A DNA stretch of 32,000 nt from Bacillus subtilis subsp. subtilis str. 168 (GCF_000009045.1 NC_000964.3:1020001-1052000); one strand, 5' to 3'; positions 10,092-18,603 are shown, counted from the stretch's first letter. The notes: generated by a model not told the origin, from the sequence alone. A program made the numbers and translations.

Positions 10092-10120
10092 TACACGCAT
10101 AAGAAAGGTTTAAAGTTGCA
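10092..10120 (-). promoter_or_regulatory. ECF (SigM-autoregulated) promoter of sigM
   Basis: On the minus strand TGCAAC (10120-10115), 17 nt, CGTGTA (10097-10092); resembles ECF TGAAAC-N16/17-CGTC/CGTG. Confidence 0.75.
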
Positions 10121-10209
10121 CATTACATGCAAACGGCTTTTTTATACCTAATCAAACACCATTACTATATAGTACCCAAAAATGGCCGCAAAAGATAGTG
10201 CGGAGAAAG

Positions 10210-10235
10210 GTTTAACATTTTTTCCAGAGGGGAAA
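10210..10235 (+). promoter_or_regulatory. SigB-type promoter of yhdN
   Basis: Perfect -35 GTTTAA, 14-nt spacer, GGGAAA (4/6 to GGGTAT). Confidence 0.65.
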
Positions 10236-10264
10236 AGATAGTGAAAAAGTGAAGGAGTGGCACA

Positions 10265-11260
10265 ATGGAATATACCAGTATAGCAGATACAGGAATAGAA
10301 GCCTCCAGAATCGGCCTCGGCACATGGGCCATTGGCGGAACGATGTGGGGAGGCACTGACGAAAAAACATCGATTGAAACAATCCGCGCCGCTCTTGATC
10401 AGGGGATTACACTGATTGACACCGCACCGGCTTACGGCTTCGGGCAGTCCGAGGAAATTGTCGGAAAGGCAATCAAAGAGTACGGCAAAAGAGACCAGGT
10501 GATTCTCGCAACGAAAACGGCTCTGGACTGGAAGAACAACCAGCTGTTCCGCCATGCGAACAGAGCGAGAATTGTAGAGGAAGTTGAGAATTCTTTGAAG
10601 CGGCTTCAAACAGACTATATTGATCTTTATCAGGTGCATTGGCCCGATCCGCTTGTGCCAATTGAAGAAACGGCTGAAGTCATGAAGGAATTATATGATG
10701 CGGGAAAAATCCGGGCGATTGGCGTCAGCAATTTTTCAATTGAGCAAATGGATACATTTCGCGCCGTCGCACCTCTCCATACGATTCAGCCTCCATATAA
10801 TCTGTTTGAAAGAGAGATGGAAGAGAGTGTCCTTCCTTATGCGAAAGATAACAAGATAACAACATTATTATACGGCAGTTTATGCAGAGGGCTGTTAACA
10901 GGCAAAATGACTGAAGAATATACATTTGAGGGCGATGATCTGCGTAATCACGATCCAAAATTCCAGAAGCCCCGCTTTAAAGAGTATCTTTCTGCTGTGA
11001 ATCAATTGGATAAGCTGGCGAAGACACGTTATGGAAAATCAGTGATTCACTTGGCTGTCAGATGGATCTTAGATCAGCCGGGAGCGGATATCGCTCTTTG
11101 GGGAGCAAGAAAGCCTGGGCAGCTTGAGGCCCTATCTGAGATTACAGGCTGGACGCTGAACAGTGAAGATCAGAAAGATATCAATACTATATTGGAAAAT
11201 ACGATATCAGACCCTGTCGGACCGGAGTTTATGGCCCCGCCGACCAGAGAGGAAATATAA
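10265..11260 (+). CDS. yhdN: Aldo/keto reductase, general stress protein
   Basis: 331-aa AKR (GTWAIGGTMWGGTDEKTSIETIRAALDQGITLIDTAPAYGFGQSEEIVGKAI; LDWKNN; DLYQVHWPD). Confidence 0.93.
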   Translation: MEYTSIADTGIEASRIGLGTWAIGGTMWGGTDEKTSIETIRAALDQGITLIDTAPAYGFGQSEEIVGKAIKEYGKRDQVILATKTALDWKNNQLFRHANRARIVEEVENSLKRLQTDYIDLYQVHWPDPLVPIEETAEVMKELYDAGKIRAIGVSNFSIEQMDTFRAVAPLHTIQPPYNLFEREMEESVLPYAKDNKITTLLYGSLCRGLLTGKMTEEYTFEGDDLRNHDPKFQKPRFKEYLSAVNQLDKLAKTRYGKSVIHLAVRWILDQPGADIALWGARKPGQLEALSEITGWTLNSEDQKDINTILENTISDPVGPEFMAPPTREEI

Positions 11261-11262
11261 CA

Positions 11263-11290
11263 AAAGCTGAGGGCGAATCCTCAGCTTTTT
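11263..11290 (+). terminator. Rho-independent terminator after yhdN
   Basis: AAAGCTGAGG-GCGAAT-CCTCAGCTTTTT. Confidence 0.8.
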
Positions 11291-11317
11291 GGCGTTTAAA
11301 CGAGAGAAATCTTAAAA

Positions 11318-11336
11318 ATTAGTACCAGGTAATAAA
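11318..11336 (+). promoter_or_regulatory. FapR-like operator upstream of plsC
   Basis: ATTAGTACCAGGTAATAAA resembles the FapR box (ATTAGTACCTAGTCTTAAT-like); lies just upstream of a TATAAT at 11346-11351. Confidence 0.65.
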
Positions 11337-11394
11337 AAATATTGTTATAATAGATGACAGAAAGAATCATTGATTACGACAAAGGAAGTGCGAT

Positions 11395-11994
11395 ATGTAT
11401 AAGTTTTGTGCAAATGCTTTAAAAGTTATTCTTTCTCTTCGCGGAGGAGTGAAGGTGTATAACAAAGAAAACCTTCCGGCCGATTCAGGTTTTGTCATCG
11501 CGTGTACACATTCCGGCTGGGTTGATGTGATTACACTCGGAGTCGGGATTCTTCCTTATCAAATACACTACATGGCGAAAAAAGAGCTTTTTCAAAATAA
11601 ATGGATCGGTTCGTTTCTGAAGAAAATTCATGCCTTTCCGGTAGATCGGGAAAATCCCGGGCCAAGCAGTATTAAAACGCCGATTAAGCTGCTGAAAGAA
11701 GGAGAGATCGTCGGTATCTTCCCAAGCGGAACAAGAACCTCTGAGGATGTGCCTTTGAAAAGAGGTGCGGTGACGATTGCGCAAATGGGGAAAGCGCCGC
11801 TTGTCCCCGCTGCATATCAGGGCCCTTCAAGCGGAAAAGAATTATTCAAAAAAGGAAAAATGAAGCTGATTATCGGTGAGCCTCTTCACCAGGCTGATTT
11901 TGCCCACCTGCCTTCAAAGGAAAGACTTGCAGCAATGACAGAGGCTTTGAATCAGCGGATTAAAGAACTAGAGAATAAACTTGATCAGCTATAA
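11395..11994 (+). CDS. plsC: 1-acyl-sn-glycerol-3-phosphate acyltransferase
   Basis: 199-aa PlsC-like acyltransferase; HSGWVD (HX4D-type motif), FPSGTRTSED. Confidence 0.93.
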   Translation: MYKFCANALKVILSLRGGVKVYNKENLPADSGFVIACTHSGWVDVITLGVGILPYQIHYMAKKELFQNKWIGSFLKKIHAFPVDRENPGPSSIKTPIKLLKEGEIVGIFPSGTRTSEDVPLKRGAVTIAQMGKAPLVPAAYQGPSSGKELFKKGKMKLIIGEPLHQADFAHLPSKERLAAMTEALNQRIKELENKLDQL

Positions 11995-12029
11995 GGCGTT
12001 CTGAGAGATTGTCCTGAAACTGTGAAAAT

Positions 12030-12061
12030 AAGAAAAGCACCCTATACAAGGTGCTTTTCTT
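12030..12061. terminator. Convergent terminator plsC/yhdP
   Basis: AGAAAAGCACC-CTATACAA-GGTGCTTTTCTT. Confidence 0.85.
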
Positions 12062-12062
12062 A

Positions 12063-13397
12063 TTATGCTTCCTGCTGGTTAGCTGTCTCCAGAAGTTCTT
12101 CTTCTTGAAGCTTTTTCACTTCAATATATGCGACGTGGTGGCCGTCAATTTCATTAATGATGAATTCGCAGCCCTCTTCGATGATGGAATCATCTTTTTC
12201 AACATCGTATTTTTGAGTAAGGAACCAGCCGCCGATTGTATCGACTTCTTCGTTCTCTAAATGGATGCCTAGCAGGTCGTTTACTTGGTCAATTAACACT
12301 TTTCCGTCAAGAATATAATGGCCTTCGCCGATTTTGCGGATTTCGCTAATTTCATCAATATCAAATTCGTCGCGGATTTCACCGACAATTTCCTCAATGA
12401 TGTCCTCAACCGTCACAAGCCCGGCAGTACCGCCGTATTCATCAGACAAAATGGCCATGTGGACCCTCTCTTTTTGCATTTTGACAAGCAGGTCTTGGAT
12501 CGGCGCAGATTCAATGACATGAATGATAGGGTTGACGAATTGAGAAATGGTGGAATCAACAGATACCTCACCGCTGATGCAGGCGGTCAGCACTTCTTTA
12601 ATGTTAATAACCCCGATAATGTTATCTTTATCGCCCTCTTCCACAGGGTAGCGGGTATATTTTTCAATCTGAATGATGTCCATCATTTCAGAAATCTTGA
12701 TATCATGCGGAAGGCTGACAATTTCGGTCCGCGGAATCATAATTTCTTTCGCGAGCCTGTCGTCAAATTCAAAGATTTTATTCACATATTTAAACTCTGA
12801 TTGGTTGATTTCACCGCTTTTATAGCTTTCAGACAAAATGATTCGCAGCTCTTCTTCTGAGTGAGCCAGTTCGTTTTCTGAAACGGTCTCCAGGCCAAAT
12901 GCTTTGGTCAATAACCGTGCGGAATTGTTCAAAAGCCAAATGAATGGGAACGCGATGCGGTAAAACCAAATCAGCGGTTTCGCAAACAGCATAGACACTG
13001 CTTCCGCCTTTTGGATAGCGACTGTTTTAGGTGCAAGTTCTCCGACAACAACGTGTAAGAACGTGATAATGGCATACGCAAAAATAAACGATATGACATG
13101 TGAAAGGGAACCTGGAACGTTCATTTGGACGAAAAGCGGGTGAAGCAGCCTTTCGATCGTTGATTCACCTAAAACCCCTAATCCGATGGAAGTCAATGTA
13201 ATTCCGAGCTGACACGCAGATAAATATTCATCAAGATGCGTGGTCACTTTTTTTACGGCTATTGCTGCTTTATTTCCTTCCGCGATCAGCTGATCGATCC
13301 GTGAGCCTCTGATTCTGATAATGGCAAACTCAGATGCCACGAAAAATGCCGTCAGGGCGATTAAAACAGCAACTAAAATCAAATTCACTATGTCCAA
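12063..13397 (-). CDS. mpfA: CNNM/CorC-type membrane protein with CBS pair, Mg2+ efflux-associated (MpfA)
   Basis: 444-aa: DUF21/CNNM TM domain ([23 protein letters not shown]), CBS pair, CorC_HlyC C-terminal domain; formerly yhdP. TTG start at 13397. Confidence 0.9.
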   Translation of the reverse strand: MDIVNLILVAVLIALTAFFVASEFAIIRIRGSRIDQLIAEGNKAAIAVKKVTTHLDEYLSACQLGITLTSIGLGVLGESTIERLLHPLFVQMNVPGSLSHVISFIFAYAIITFLHVVVGELAPKTVAIQKAEAVSMLFAKPLIWFYRIAFPFIWLLNNSARLLTKAFGLETVSENELAHSEEELRIILSESYKSGEINQSEFKYVNKIFEFDDRLAKEIMIPRTEIVSLPHDIKISEMMDIIQIEKYTRYPVEEGDKDNIIGVINIKEVLTACISGEVSVDSTISQFVNPIIHVIESAPIQDLLVKMQKERVHMAILSDEYGGTAGLVTVEDIIEEIVGEIRDEFDIDEISEIRKIGEGHYILDGKVLIDQVNDLLGIHLENEEVDTIGGWFLTQKYDVEKDDSIIEEGCEFIINEIDGHHVAYIEVKKLQEEELLETANQQEA

Positions 13398-13402
13398 TTA
13401 GA

Positions 13403-13441
13403 ACCTTCACTCTAGCAATGAGAATGAAGGTAACACCTCCT
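13403..13441 (-). promoter_or_regulatory. SD plus 11-bp hairpin spacer in the yhdP translation initiation region
   Basis: Minus strand AGGAGG (13441-13436), TGTT, ACCTTCATTCT-CATTGCT-AGAGTGAAGGT (one G.U pair), TCTAA, TTG start at 13397. Confidence 0.8.
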
Positions 13442-13457
13442 GTTAGATAAAATGGTT

Positions 13458-13892
13458 TTAACTTAACAGCAGCATAAATGATTGGAACACGGCGAGCTTT
13501 TCAGGCGGGAGTTTGCTTTTCAGCTTGTCACGATCCTCGGGCTTCAGCCGTTCAAACCGATGCAAGATTCCGGAGATGTTTTGATTCATATGATCAATTT
13601 CTAATGCCAGATTTCCAATTTCATCATCAAGTTTAGCTGAAGAGGGAAACTGGTTCTCCAGTCGATCTTTAATATCGGACAGGGCCAATCGCTGCTTCTT
13701 GCAATCTACAATAAATATAAGTCGTTTGAGTGCATTTTCGTCGTAGTAACGGTAATTTGAACAGGATCTGGCCGGCGTAAGCAGACCGAGATTCGTATAA
13801 TAATCAACTGTCCGTTTCGTTACTCCGGCGAGTGCCGCTAGTTCACTGATGCGATAAGTCTCAGCCCCATCTATATCCCTCCCAACCATCAC
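13458..13892 (-). CDS. yhdQ: MerR-family transcriptional regulator (earlier reported as a CueR-like protein)
   Basis: 144-aa form with MerR HTH (YRISELAALAGVTKRTVDYYTNLGLLTPARSCSNYRYYDENALKRL); GTG start at 13892. The track extension to 14003 runs through the likely promoter region. Confidence 0.82.
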   Translation of the reverse strand: MMVGRDIDGAETYRISELAALAGVTKRTVDYYTNLGLLTPARSCSNYRYYDENALKRLIFIVDCKKQRLALSDIKDRLENQFPSSAKLDDEIGNLALEIDHMNQNISGILHRFERLKPEDRDKLKSKLPPEKLAVFQSFMLLLS

Positions 13893-14045
13893 GTTATAGT
13901 TATGAGAATAGTTTAATATATGAACGGTGTCTTGCACAAGTTTATTGTTTTTTTTAGACCGGAATTGGAAGTTGTGGAATTCATCATCTGATTGAAGTAA
14001 CATAGGAAGATAGAATTTTCAAATTTTTATATGCGGAAGGGACAG

Positions 14046-15227
14046 ATGAAATTGGCTGGGTTATCCCGGGAAGTTGAAGAAAACTTAAATAAAGGATCAT
14101 GGATTCGCAAGCTGTTTGATGAAGGTGCAAGGCTGAAGAAGGAGTTCGGGGAAGACCAGGTATTTGATTTTTCACTCGGCAACCCGATTGTTGAACCGCC
14201 TGAAGCTTTTAAGAGAGCGTTAATAGAGGAAGCTGAAAAAGGCAGCCACGGATACATACAAAACCAAGGGCTTCTTGCAGCGAGAGAAAAAGTCGCGCAA
14301 TTTCTGGGCTCGCGTTTTGAAGCTGATTTCTCAGCGGAGCGCATCGTCATGACGGTGGGCGCGGGAGGCGCTTTGAATGTTGCGTTAAAAAGCATCGTAA
14401 ACCCTGGGGAAGAGGTCATTATTCTTGCACCTTATTTTGCCGAATATAAGTTGTATATTGAGAACTACGGGGGAAAAGCCGTCAGCTGCCCGTTGACAAG
14501 CCGGTTTGAGATCGACATTGAAGCGGTAAGGCAATCGATCACTCCACAGACGAAAGGGCTGATTCTCAATACACCGCATAACCCCACAGGCACTGTTCTC
14601 AGCCAGAAAAATATAGACGATTTAGGCGCTTTATTAAAAGAAATAGAAGAGAAGAGCGGCCAGACGATTTATGTGCTGTTTGATGAACCGTACAGTCAAT
14701 TAATCTATGATGAAGAGCTGGCAAATCCGTTTCAATCGTACCATCGTGTGATATTGGCCAGCTCATTCAGTAAAGATCTCGGCATAGCCGGAGAGCGGCT
14801 CGGGTATATCGGATTGGACAGCCGAATGCCGGATGCGGACCTTTTGATCAACGCTTTTGTGTATTGTAATCGAACGCTTGGATTTGTGAATGCCCCTGTC
14901 ATGATGCAGCGGGCTGTGGCACGAATGGATGATTTAAGAGTAGACGCGAGCGCTTATAAAGAGCGCCGGGATTTAATGGTAGACATTTTAAAAGAAGCCG
15001 GTTTTGAATTTGAAATGCCAAAGGGAGGTTTCTTTGTTTTTCCGAAATCGCCGATTGAAGATGAAGTTGCATTTTGCGTGCATGCCGCCCAAAAATACAA
15101 ATTATTAATTGTGCCGAGCAGCGGTTTTGGAATGAGCGGGCATTTCCGATTATCCTTCAGTGTGCCGATCGAGCAGATTAAAAACTCACGGGACATTTTC
15201 ATTTCTTTATATAAAGATTTTGCTTAA
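14046..15227 (+). CDS. yhdR: Class-I PLP-dependent aminotransferase (aspartate aminotransferase-like)
   Basis: 393-aa; [28 protein letters not shown]; ATG 14046 preceded by GGAAGGG. Confidence 0.88.
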
Positions 15228-15238
15228 GAAGGCAAAGA

Positions 15239-15272
15239 AAAGAAAACAGTTTTCAAGGCTGTTTTCTTTTTA
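15239..15272 (+). terminator. Rho-independent terminator after yhdR
   Basis: GAAAACAGttttcaaggCTGTTTTCTTTTT. Confidence 0.7.
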
Positions 15273-15444
15273 TATCCGCAAAATCCTTCCTCTTCCAATC
15301 CAGACAGGCGCAGAATTGACAAGCAGGCATGCAGTTAAGGCTTTCTTCATGATAAAAGTCTAAAAATTAAAAATCATTTTTGGAATGAGTTGTGTTACAA
15401 TAAAATATACAATTTATAATCAAACTTTGACTTTTGGAGGTGGT

Positions 15445-15465
15445 ATGATGGGGCCCTCTGCTTAG
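15445..15465 (+). CDS. Candidate upstream mini-ORF in yhdT leader (MMGPSA)
   Basis: ATG ATG GGG CCC TCT GCT TAG; GGAGG at 15436-15440, 7 nt before the second ATG; downstream of TATAAT at 15415-15420. Confidence 0.45.
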   Translation: MMGPSA

Positions 15466-15512
15466 GCAACAATACACCGCGTACCTCAATGTTAAGGAAA
15501 AATGATTATATC

Positions 15513-15549
15513 AGGAGGTGACTCCTTATCCTTTGTTGAGAGGATAGGG
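15513..15549 (+). promoter_or_regulatory. SD plus hairpin spacer in the yhdT translation initiation region
   Basis: AGGAGG (15513-15518), TGACT, CCTTATCC-TTTGTTGAGA-GGATAGGG (8 bp, one G.U; T32-A41 can add one), then TTAA and ATG 15554. Confidence 0.75.
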
Positions 15550-15553
15550 TTAA

Positions 15554-16939
15554 ATGGACGATATTGACAGTCTGATTTTAATTGGCGTGCTCATTGCTTT
15601 AACCGCGTTTTTCGTTGCAAGCGAGTTTGCGATTGTTAGAGTGAGGAGATCCAGAATAGATCAGCTTATCACAGAAGGAAACAAACGGGCGATACTCGCA
15701 AGGCGTGTCATTACAGATTTGGATGAATATTTATCCGCATCCCAGCTAGGCATTACATTGACATCAATCGGGCTTGGCGTACTGGGTGAGCCGGCCTTTG
15801 AACGGCTGCTGCATCCACTGTTTGAACCGCTCGGCTTGCCGGACTCGGTTTCACATGCAGTCTCTTTTGCAGTCGCGTACGGCTTGATCACGTTCCTGCA
15901 CGTTGTTGTAGGTGAACTGGCCCCGAAAACGGTCGCGATTCAAAAGGCAGAACAGCTGACTTTACTGATAGCGGGCCCTTTGCGTTTATTCTATTTGCTC
16001 CTGTTTCCGTTTATTTGGATCCTCAATGGATCGGCGCGGCTTTTATGCGGGATGTTCGGTTTGAAGCCTGCGTCAGAACATGATGGTTCCCATTCTGAGG
16101 AAGAACTCAGGATGCTGTTATCTGAGAGTTTAAAAAACGGAGAGATTAATCCGTCTGAATATAAATATGTGAATAAGATTTTTGAATTTGATAATCGGAT
16201 CGCCAAAGAAATTATGATACCGCGGAAGGAAATGGCTGCTGTGTCAACTGAGATGACGATGGCCGAGATGCTTGAAGTCATGCTGAAGGAAAAATACACG
16301 CGCTGGCCAGTCACAGATGGAGACAAAGACAGTGTGCTCGGTTTGGTCAATACGAAGCATTTGTTTTCTGATTTGCTGTTTATGACAGAAGAAGAACGAA
16401 TGAAGATGACGATCCATCCGTATGTGAGGCCGGTCATCGAAGTGATTGAAACGATCCCGGTTCATGACTTGCTGATTAAAATGCAGCGCGAGCGCATTCA
16501 TATGGCTATATTGTCGGATGAATACGGAGGAACCTCGGGACTTGTGACGACAGAGGATATTCTTGAGGAAATTGTCGGAGAGATCCGAGATGAATTTGAT
16601 GAAGATGAACAGCCGCTGATCCAAAAGCTTGGCGACGGCCATTATGTGATGGATGGAAAGGTTCGGATCGATCAGGTGAACAGCCTTCTTGGCGCATCGA
16701 TTCAAGAAGACGTCGATACGATCGGCGGGCTGATATTAAAAGAAAACATCGATATTGAGGCTGGTGAATCCATTCGCATCGGTTCATATACGATAAAGGT
16801 GCTGAAGATGGACGGCCGATTAATCAAGCAAATCGATATAAAAGAAGAAGCCGGCAACACAACCGGGATTACGGCGCACCACAAGCTGCCGCTGCCCGAG
16901 CCTGTGATGCTGAACAGTGCAACCTTGAGCGAGAAATAA
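15554..16939 (+). CDS. yhdT: CNNM/CorC-type membrane protein with CBS pair
   Basis: 461-aa, paralog of the 12063..13397 product (shared [61 protein letters not shown]). Confidence 0.9.
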   Translation: MDDIDSLILIGVLIALTAFFVASEFAIVRVRRSRIDQLITEGNKRAILARRVITDLDEYLSASQLGITLTSIGLGVLGEPAFERLLHPLFEPLGLPDSVSHAVSFAVAYGLITFLHVVVGELAPKTVAIQKAEQLTLLIAGPLRLFYLLLFPFIWILNGSARLLCGMFGLKPASEHDGSHSEEELRMLLSESLKNGEINPSEYKYVNKIFEFDNRIAKEIMIPRKEMAAVSTEMTMAEMLEVMLKEKYTRWPVTDGDKDSVLGLVNTKHLFSDLLFMTEEERMKMTIHPYVRPVIEVIETIPVHDLLIKMQRERIHMAILSDEYGGTSGLVTTEDILEEIVGEIRDEFDEDEQPLIQKLGDGHYVMDGKVRIDQVNSLLGASIQEDVDTIGGLILKENIDIEAGESIRIGSYTIKVLKMDGRLIKQIDIKEEAGNTTGITAHHKLPLPEPVMLNSATLSEK

Positions 16940-16954
16940 GCTCAAGGTTTTTTT
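16919..16954. terminator. Convergent terminator yhdT/crcB1
   Basis: AACCTTGAGC-GAGAAATAA-GCTCAAGGTTTTTTT. Confidence 0.85.
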
Positions 16955-17309
16955 ATATTGTGATTGTCCAGCCGCACCAAAATGCAAAAAGCGACCCGCA
17001 AAGTGTCAGGACGATGTACAAGATGCTTTCTTTTACACGTTTGGCCATAAGGAGTTGAATAGTTTCAACGCTGAATGTGGAAAAGGTCGTAAAGGCGCCA
17101 AAAAACCCCGTGCCAATGATAAGCGAGACCGAAGCATTTGCAACGTGAAGTCCTGTAAATATTCCGAGCCCGAGAGCTCCGAGAATATTGACTGTCAGTA
17201 TGCCAATGGGCAGGCTGAGACCTTTGGTTTTGGCGGTTATGACATTGCCAAGCCAGAAGCGAAGCATTGCGCCAAGTCCGCCCCCTATGAAAATACCCGC
17301 TAGTGTCAT
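16953..17309 (-). CDS. crcB1: Fluoride channel subunit CrcB/FluC
   Basis: 118-aa, 4-TM; [33 protein letters not shown]; yhdU. Confidence 0.88.
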
Positions 17310-17701
17310 TTTTCCTGCAGCCCCTTTCTTTGCTGAATGCCTGCTATGCGCCGTCCCACAAAAACACCAATCAGTGCAAATATGATCCCTGATATCAATG
17401 AGGCTGCCACATATAAAAGAGCCAATGAGGGTTGTCCTTGCAAAAGCATCACTGTTTCCTTAGAAAACGTGGACATTGTTGTGAAGCCTCCGCAAAAGCC
17501 GGTGCCTAAAAAAGCCGACAGCAGAGGCCGTTTTGCCCCGATCATAAAAAATCCGGTCAAAATGCCTAATAGAAGGCTGCCTGCCGCATTTTCCAGCCAG
17601 GTTGCCGCCGGGAACTGACCGGTGTGTATCCATAAGTTTAATCCGTATCGGAGGCAGGCGCCAAGCGCGCCTCCGATAAAAACCGCGCTATATATTTTCA
17701 T
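17306..17701 (-). CDS. crcB2: Fluoride channel subunit CrcB/FluC
   Basis: 131-aa form; [32 protein letters not shown]; yhdV; 4-nt overlap with crcB1. Confidence 0.88.
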
Positions 17702-18419
17702 GTTTGCCATCCTTTATGATGAAATCCGGGTAATCTGTAACGATGCCGTCCACGCCCATGGCTTGTAATTTTGCCGCTGTCTTTTGATTGTTGACAGTCC
17801 ATGCAAATATGTTTAAGCCATTTTTATTGATGGAGCCGATCATCAGACGGTTAAGCCGTGTGTGTTTTATATTGACATAGTTTGCAAAAGAGCGGAAGGC
17901 CTTCATCTGATTTCTGGACAGCATGCCAAAGTTGGGCCTTGTAATGACCGCTGTCGGAATCGAAGGATAAAGCTCGCGGAACCTTTGGACGGAGCGGAAC
18001 TGAAAGGATTGAACAATATTATTGATAGAAAAAGAAAATTGCCCTAATAGCTGTCCCACCTCTTCTTCAATTCCGACTTGAGACGGATGGCCTTTTAGTT
18101 CAATTAAAAGGCCGATTTTTTTGTGGTAGCGCTTGAGCACCGCTTCCAGGGTTGGAATACGCTCTCCTTGAAAAGCGGGACCGTACCAGCTTCCTGCATC
18201 GAGTTTTTGCAATTCCTCCAAGGTAAAATCCTTAACAAAGCCCGATCCGTTTGTTGTTCGGTCAACCCTGTCATCGTGTATCACAACAATCTGCCTGTCT
18301 TTTGTAAGCTGGACATCCAGTTCGATCATATCTGCATTCATTTTCACCGCAAGGTCAAATGCGGCAATCGTATTTTCCGGAGCGTAGCCGGATGCTCCGC
18401 GATGGGCAATGATGTACAA
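17688..18419 (-). CDS. yhdW: Glycerophosphodiester phosphodiesterase family protein
   Basis: 243-aa GDPD: MYIIAHRGASGYAPENTIAAFDLAVKMNADMIELDVQLTKDRQIVVIHDD. Confidence 0.92.
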   Translation of the reverse strand: MYIIAHRGASGYAPENTIAAFDLAVKMNADMIELDVQLTKDRQIVVIHDDRVDRTTNGSGFVKDFTLEELQKLDAGSWYGPAFQGERIPTLEAVLKRYHKKIGLLIELKGHPSQVGIEEEVGQLLGQFSFSINNIVQSFQFRSVQRFRELYPSIPTAVITRPNFGMLSRNQMKAFRSFANYVNIKHTRLNRLMIGSINKNGLNIFAWTVNNQKTAAKLQAMGVDGIVTDYPDFIIKDGKHENI

Positions 18420-18603
18420 GCTAAGTCAGCTCCTCGTATGGGCATTTCTGTTATTGTATCAAATCCATATATGCACCGCGATACAAACTGGTGAATTTTT
18501 TCTGCCATATCGGAATGGTCCGGGCTGAGGAATGCGTATAACTAAAAAAAGACACTCAGCGTATCAGAACACATTTCGTCAGAAAATTAGGTCTTTCGAC
18601 ATG

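Noticed and set aside
12051-12800. Plus-strand ORFs antisense to yhdP, including a 160-aa frame rich in D/F/N
   Set aside because: Low-complexity composition ([23 protein letters not shown]) is typical of the complement of a charged CBS/CorC coding region; the same kind of shadow ORF appears opposite yhdT (16244..16705).
13931-13940. CTTGCACAAG near-palindrome as a MerR operator between yhdQ and yhdR
   Set aside because: Short and not embedded in a clear 19-20 nt-spaced promoter; insufficient support (coordinates approximate).
13893-14003. N-terminal extension of yhdQ in the ORF track ([14 protein letters not shown]...)
   Set aside because: No good SD, AT-rich likely promoter sequence, and the MerR fold begins just after GTG 13892/ATG 13889; the extension is probably non-coding.
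15533-15547. Possible mini-ORF TTG TTG AGA GGA TAG served by the distal yhdT SD
   Set aside because: Spacing of 14 nt from AGGAGG is poor and the equivalent TTG CTA GAG TGA in yhdP is 17 nt away; the constant 9-nt looped-out spacing to the main starts fits better.
18420-18600. Possible fluoride riboswitch upstream of the yhdW-crcB operon
   Set aside because: I could not find a recognisable crcB-motif (GGCGAUGG...CGCU...UAAUG) on the minus strand.
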